This document shows positions 6,268-11,048 of a stretch of 11,048 nucleotides of DNA, in pieces. Numbering within the stretch: position 1 is the first letter of the stretch; each line of letters starts with the position of its first letter. The translations under genes and the position numbers were made by a program. Source of the DNA: Chthonomonadales bacterium (GTDB lineage Bacteria > Armatimonadota > Chthonomonadetes > Chthonomonadales > Chthonomonadaceae); NCBI GenBank assembly GCA_038217285.1, contig JBBQPO010000208.1:1-11048 (forward strand). The letters run 5' to 3'. The notes under the pieces were generated by a model that did no database searches, was not told the DNA's origin, and was given only the letters and a program-made list of their open reading frames with translations.

Positions 6268-7245
6268 ATGAATCTGTTTACTCCCATGCTATGGCATCTG
6301 CTGTTCTCTCTCTCGATTACCGTGATGACGTGGGGGCAGGCCGTGAACTGTCTGACCCACGGACGCCGAGCACGCCGCGAGTTTTTGGAGCGGGAGGCGT
6401 TGCATCAGTACCGCCTGCGTGTGGAACGCGGAGAATCGGTGCATGAGCCGATCAATGTGCTGGTTCCGCGCAAAGCGCGCTGGAGAGTCGCGTTCTCCAT
6501 GGGCGCGACTTTCTGCTGGTTAGGGCTGGGCTGCTGGAGTCTGGTGGGCCTGGTGACGGCCTTCCATACCAGTGTGGCTGCCTTTCACGCAGGACAGTTC
6601 CACGCGGATCATGACTATATTCGTGCCTCCACAGCGTACCGAACGGCACTGGCTGCGGATCCGGTCGCGAATAGCCTGCATACACATCTGGAGACAACGC
6701 TTACGCTGGAGGAGTCCAACGACGGAGAGTATGGGTACGCCAAACGCATGGTACGCAATCATCCAGGGGACTGGAAACCGCACGACACACTGGCAAGCGT
6801 GTTGGTGGCACGTGATGATCTCGCGGGAGCGGCGGTGGAGTATCGGCAGGCCATCCAACTGGATCCGAATAATCCGGCCTCGCACAATAACCTGGGCAAC
6901 GTCCTCCGGAAGTTGGGCCGACTGGACGATGCCGAGCAGGAGGTGCGGCGCACTCTGGAGTTAGACTCCAGTTCCGGAGCCGCCCATGCCAATCTGGCAG
7001 ACATCTGCTATATGAATCACAAGCTCACCCTGGCCATTTCGGAGTATCGGATTGCCATCACTCTGGATCCCAAGCGCGGAACGCCGTACTTTAACCTGGC
7101 GCTGGCATTGCGGTCCACCGGACGCTCGGCAGAAAGTCTCGCCGTCATCGACCAACTCCTCAAGGAATCCAAACACGATCCGGAGATGTCGGACGTGGCT
7201 GTCCGAGCTGCTACCATTCGAACCCAGTGGACACACCGTATGTGA
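6268..7245 (+). CDS. Membrane-anchored tetratricopeptide-repeat (TPR) protein, 325 aa
   Basis: RBS AAGGAG/AAGGA before the ATG. Two hydrophobic N-terminal segments (aa ~3-28 and ~73-98). At least four 34-aa TPRs (HDTLASVL..YRQAIQLDP; SHNNLGNVL..RRTLELDS; AHANLADI..YRIAITLDP; PYFNLALAL..). Confidence 0.9.
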   Translation: MNLFTPMLWHLLFSLSITVMTWGQAVNCLTHGRRARREFLEREALHQYRLRVERGESVHEPINVLVPRKARWRVAFSMGATFCWLGLGCWSLVGLVTAFHTSVAAFHAGQFHADHDYIRASTAYRTALAADPVANSLHTHLETTLTLEESNDGEYGYAKRMVRNHPGDWKPHDTLASVLVARDDLAGAAVEYRQAIQLDPNNPASHNNLGNVLRKLGRLDDAEQEVRRTLELDSSSGAAHANLADICYMNHKLTLAISEYRIAITLDPKRGTPYFNLALALRSTGRSAESLAVIDQLLKESKHDPEMSDVAVRAATIRTQWTHRM

Positions 7246-7365
7246 CCGGTTCATCGTTCATGCTGCCTTCGCGCCGTATGACGTCGTGTCCGTCTCCCTG
7301 CTCACCGCCTTGGCGCTCGGCACGACTCCGCTTTCTCACCCGCTGCGCAATTTGCCTCCATCCTT

Positions 7366-7635
7366 CCGCAGACCAAGCACAGTTCTTTCCATACCACCTT
7401 CAACATTCTGGAGGGACTGTCGGTGGCCGCCGACGCGGGCATCATCTCGAAGAGTGTTTTCCGTGACAGTGAAGTGCGGGCGTTAGGCAACTCCCAAGAA
7501 TTACCGCTCCACATTCGGACCCCTTCTGACCCCAGTTGCGGCAGAATTGTGGAGCAATAATAGTTTGGCGGCTCCTTAGAGTTCATGCTGGCCCACCGGA
7601 TGTACCGTTCAGATCGAACCGGCGAGGTCATCCAC
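7366..7635 (+). pseudogene. Internal remnant of a squalene-cyclase/prenyltransferase-like (alpha/alpha barrel) hypothetical protein gene, interrupted by an insertion
   Basis: Removing 7486-7578 yields the continuous frame PQTKHSSFHTTFNILEGLSVAADAGIISKSVFRDSEVRAL|EFMLAHRMYRSDRTGEVIH. From memory, this resembles the SSFHTTxxVLEGL...EFLLxHRLxRSxRTGEVI signature of a widespread family often annotated 'squalene cyclase'. The N- and C-terminal parts appear to be missing. Confidence 0.7.
7486..7575. mobile_element. 90-bp MITE-like non-autonomous insertion with TTA target-site duplication
   Basis: Flanked by TTA at 7483-7485 and 7576-7578 (TTAG if read as 4 bp). Ends are GG...CC. Imperfect terminal inverted repeats: left GGCAACTCCCAAGAATTACCGCTCCACA, right (reverse complement) GGAGCCGCCAAACTATTATTGCTCCACA. 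Excision restores the host reading frame. Confidence 0.72.
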
Positions 7636-7717
7636 TTCGAAATCAGTGAAGTCGGGCTCGAATCGTCTTTACGAACCACACAGTGGCTCAACTGGTCAGC
7701 GACGAAATTGGGCCATT

Positions 7718-10700
7718 TCAATGGCTGAATAGAGCGTTTGTCTCGGCCAGCAGGAGTTCCATCTCCAGGCGCGGCGCCCAGGCTTCGCTGGTGTCGGCTC
7801 TTTCCTGCGTGGAGCGCAGATAGGCTTCCGCTCGCTGCCGACCTTCCGTCAGGTAGTTCTGAGCCTGTGGATCGTGATGCAGGCGATGGTGCGCCATAGC
7901 GAGGAACAGCAGAGAGTGGATCGTATCCTCTCCGCTTTCGTTGGGTAAAGCCTTTTCGAGCCTCGCAATCGCCTCGACAAAGCGATCGGCATGGTAGAGC
8001 AGGCAGCCGGTCGCGTGCAGGAGGTCGGCGTCGCCGGGATGGGCGACATACGCCTTCTCGCCTTCTACGACCAAGGCATGGAGCGTTTCGGTGGGGCTCT
8101 GGCCTAGGGAGGCGATCTCCAGCAGTTCGGCGAGGTAGCCAGGGTTCGCACTCTGGGAAATCTCACTTCTCATGCGGGCGCAGAGGGCAGCGTAACCGAT
8201 ACGGTCGCCTGCTTTAAGGAGAAGCAGCGCTTCGGGACGCGCGGCGGTCATCCGGGTTTCCAAATGGGGATCGGCGCTGAGGCGGGCGTAGTCGGCAGCG
8301 GCGGCTTGCCAGTGTCCCTGCTCCCGATGGATGTGAGCCGACACCGTGACAGTCTCTCCGGCGCTGCCTCCGTGCTTGACCATCTGCGCGAAGTCCTCGT
8401 GGGCGCGTTCGTCTTGACCGAGGTTGAGAGCCGCGACCCCATGCAGGTACCAGGCGTTTGAGTCGTCCGGGGTCTTGCGGAGGAGGGCATCGGTGGCCAG
8501 AAGCGTCTGCTCCCACTGCTTATGGGCGGCGCTATCGCAGGCGAGTGCGAACCACGAGTCGGCGTCGTCCTGCCCGACCAGCATTGCTGTTCGCATTCGG
8601 TCTTTCTTCTGCCTGGCTACAATCGTCTCTTTCTCCAACGCCAGCGCCACGGTGTAGTTCCGTTGCTCCCGTATATCGTGGGTCCAGTCCGGCTGTTGCT
8701 GAGACGGGGCTGCGAAGTCGGAGGAGTGGTGCGAACGCAGGGTATCCCAGGCTTTGCGCACCTCGGCGAGGCCGACCTCCATCCGATTTCCGTCGGCGTC
8801 GATATGCTGTCCGCACAGCAAGGCGTTCAGTCGGTCGAAATCGGCTTCGGGGCGGCTGTCCGGCGACAGGTCCAGACGCAGAATCCCGTAGCGTGTCCCG
8901 ACGATCAGGCAGCGACTGTCCTGTGTGAAGCGGAACCACTCCAGTTCGGATCGAATGGCGGGTATCAAAGGATCTCCCGAGGCGAGATCCCAAACGCGCA
9001 AGTTTCCTTTGCTGTCGATTACGGCCACTCGATTCCCGTCCGGGCTGAGTTCCTCCGAGCCGTAACTGCCGTCCCTGTTCTCCAACCGTATCCCTATCTG
9101 CATGGGAGGCGAGAGTGGATAACCTGTTTGCGCATTCCAAAGCCGTACCAATCCATCGGTGGTCGAGGTCAGAACGCGGCGCCCATCGCGGCTGAAGTGA
9201 GCGCCCGTGAAGGCCTGGTCCTGCGGCAAGGAGACGACCTGGTGACCGGTGGCAGTGTCGTAGATTCCCTGGCCCTGCGACATGCCTCCTGGCAGTGAGA
9301 GGGGCACGAAGCGAGTGTGATCGCCGCTAAAGCCCGCCGCGCCCGCTGCCATATCCACATCGAGAGTAAGTACACCGGCAGAACTCTTTGACCCCCGTGT
9401 GGGTAGGACGTCCAGCGCTCGCCTGCCTTGGGCGGTGATTGCGGCAGCGGAAGCGACATCGGAGTAGAACTGGATCGATTCAAAGTCCCGGGCGAGCCAC
9501 AGCTTCAGGTCGCTTCCGGCACGCGCCTGGTTCGGGCGGTGCAGGTTTATCTGCGCCCGAAGCCGACCTGAGTGCAGATCCCACAGGAAAGTCTCTTTGT
9601 CGTTTGTCCGTGTGATCAGGAGATGCCGTTCGGGCAGAAACCAGGTCCGCGAGAGGTCCACCGCATGTACCATGAGCGCCCCGAGCGGTCTGGCAGTCGC
9701 CGGATCCCATTCCTGGAGATCGCGCAGTCCTAATTTGATCAGGAGATTGCCGTCGTGAGACGACACGCACGACATCACTTTGCCCGTATAGGCCGGTGGG
9801 CCGACCGCCGCGCCGGTCGCTGTGACGAACGACTGAATGGCTCTCTCCGACGTCAGGACCCAGTAGTGGCGTCCATCCGGGCAGAGTTCCGTCTGGATGG
9901 CGTTCGCGGGCAGCGGGTGAGACGGGGTGAGCGGCTTGCCTGTGCGAGTATTATAAACGCGAAAGGCATCGTGCGAGACGATTCCGAGCGTTCGTTCGTC
10001 CTCGCTTGGCCTCACTGCGCTTGCCGGGACGCGCAGCAGAGGGACGCCCCGAACCGAGTCTACCAGAACTACCTCCTGGCGTAGATTGGAAAAGAGAAGG
10101 GTCCGGCTCGCCTCCAGAAGAGGCGTCGTGGAGAGCCCGGCGTCGTCCTGGTAAACCGACACGGGCAACGCTTTCGGTCGGAAACTCCAGAGCCGTGTGG
10201 TATGGTCTACGCCCGCCGTGAGCAGGCGCTGCCCTGAAGAATCGAAGCTGGCCGCCACCACCTCGCCCGCGTGGTGTACGGTCGGAGACGACAATGCGCC
10301 GGACGTGGCATCCCGGATCGATACGGAGCCATCGATACAGGCGAACAGCAGACGACTGCCGTCCGGACTGAACTGTGCGTCACGGGTCTCCGCAGACAGT
10401 GCGATGGAGGGAGAGAGCGCCTCTCCCGTCCGCGTAGAATAGACACACGCCCGCACCCCTTCCTGCCTGCCTTGTATCTGACGCGATCTGTTGATGATGA
10501 GCGCCTGCTTGCCGTCGAGACTGAGGCGGGCGGCGGCGGGCATCTCGGGGGAAAAGATCCGGATCGGCTGCCCGGTCCGCACGTCGAACAGCCCGGCTCG
10601 ATTGTAGTGGGTTAGCGCATCGGTGCCGTCGGTCAGCAGGGACTTCCCATCGGGAGTGAACTCGATGCTGTGCGCGTTCCAGCAGCGGTCGATGGTAGAG

Positions 10701-11048
10701 CAGATCGTTCCGGTACCGGCGTCCAGAACCAGGGAACGCCATCTCCAGATGGCCAACGCTAAATGTCTGCCGTCGGGGCTGAACGCCGCGTCTTCGACGG
10801 TGATCCCTGCGATCCGGAACGTAAACTGCGTTTTGCCGGAGAGGAGATCCCAGATCGCAACCTGATCCCCTGCATAGACCGCGAGATGATGGCTATCGGG
10901 ACTCCAGAGGGGAACGCAGTTGCCCACCGTGACGCTCTTCAGAGCAAGCTGCCCAGCAGGGACCAGCAGACGTCCTGTTCGGGCGTCGGCCACCTGCGCC
11001 GTTCCGTCCAGCCAGGTCGTCGCCAGATAGCGGCCATTCGGGCTGAAG
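7718..11048 (-). CDS. Large WD40-repeat protein with C-terminal TPR region (>1100 aa, 5' end beyond the window)
   Basis: The frame stays open upstream of the ORF-track start at 10993 (FSPNGRYLATTWLDGTAQVADARTG), so the true start is outside the window. Many WD40 blades (AAFSPDGRHLA, AQFSPDGSRLL, SFDSSGQRLLTAGVDHTTRLW, HFSRDGRRVLTSTTDGLVRLWNAQTG) span ~8870-11048. TPR-like helices (DSNAWYLHGVAALNLGQDERAHEDF, GCLLYHADRFVEAIARLEKAL, LLFLAMAHHRL) span ~7718-8570. Confidence 0.92.
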   Translation of the reverse strand, partial: FSPNGRYLATTWLDGTAQVADARTGRLLVPAGQLALKSVTVGNCVPLWSPDSHHLAVYAGDQVAIWDLLSGKTQFTFRIAGITVEDAAFSPDGRHLALAIWRWRSLVLDAGTGTICSTIDRCWNAHSIEFTPDGKSLLTDGTDALTHYNRAGLFDVRTGQPIRIFSPEMPAAARLSLDGKQALIINRSRQIQGRQEGVRACVYSTRTGEALSPSIALSAETRDAQFSPDGSRLLFACIDGSVSIRDATSGALSSPTVHHAGEVVAASFDSSGQRLLTAGVDHTTRLWSFRPKALPVSVYQDDAGLSTTPLLEASRTLLFSNLRQEVVLVDSVRGVPLLRVPASAVRPSEDERTLGIVSHDAFRVYNTRTGKPLTPSHPLPANAIQTELCPDGRHYWVLTSERAIQSFVTATGAAVGPPAYTGKVMSCVSSHDGNLLIKLGLRDLQEWDPATARPLGALMVHAVDLSRTWFLPERHLLITRTNDKETFLWDLHSGRLRAQINLHRPNQARAGSDLKLWLARDFESIQFYSDVASAAAITAQGRRALDVLPTRGSKSSAGVLTLDVDMAAGAAGFSGDHTRFVPLSLPGGMSQGQGIYDTATGHQVVSLPQDQAFTGAHFSRDGRRVLTSTTDGLVRLWNAQTGYPLSPPMQIGIRLENRDGSYGSEELSPDGNRVAVIDSKGNLRVWDLASGDPLIPAIRSELEWFRFTQDSRCLIVGTRYGILRLDLSPDSRPEADFDRLNALLCGQHIDADGNRMEVGLAEVRKAWDTLRSHHSSDFAAPSQQQPDWTHDIREQRNYTVALALEKETIVARQKKDRMRTAMLVGQDDADSWFALACDSAAHKQWEQTLLATDALLRKTPDDSNAWYLHGVAALNLGQDERAHEDFAQMVKHGGSAGETVTVSAHIHREQGHWQAAAADYARLSADPHLETRMTAARPEALLLLKAGDRIGYAALCARMRSEISQSANPGYLAELLEIASLGQSPTETLHALVVEGEKAYVAHPGDADLLHATGCLLYHADRFVEAIARLEKALPNESGEDTIHSLLFLAMAHHRLHHDPQAQNYLTEGRQRAEAYLRSTQERADTSEAWAPRLEMELLLAETNALFSH

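Noticed and set aside
7302-7721. 139-aa minus-strand ORF after the WD40 gene
   Set aside because: It is antisense to the pseudogene fragment and runs through the MITE. TTG start, no recognisable features.
10991-10993. ORF-track start codon for the WD40 protein
   Set aside because: It is an internal GTG (Val). The frame continues with WD40 sequence to the window edge.

Overview
GC-rich bacterial accessory region. The gene style suggests Armatimonadota, Planctomycetota or Verrucomicrobiota, but this is inference only. Left arm (minus strand): a two-gene operon of paired AAA_35-type STAND NTPases. The first gene (862-3177) fuses a SARP-type transcription activator module (wHTH+BTAD), a TIR domain with its catalytic Glu, and the NTPase. 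The second (<1-825) starts with its own NTPase domain, runs off the window and is missing from the ORF track. The divergent intergenic region holds seven TGACGC boxes. Six are in exact 21-bp phase, and the last ends 8 nt (as heptamer) before a TATACT -10 element. This is SARP-operator geometry, and it faces a secreted NHL beta-propeller PEP-CTERM gene (3641-4615). Next come an Arg-rich poly-zinc-ribbon membrane protein (4749-6194), a membrane-anchored TPR protein (6268-7245), a gene remnant interrupted by a 90-bp MITE-like insertion with a TTA duplication (7486-7575), and the 3' part of a very large WD40+TPR protein (7718->11048, minus). Best candidate for a novel system: an NLR-like STAND pair whose outputs may be both TIR chemistry and direct transcriptional activation of a surface propeller protein through a phased operator array.
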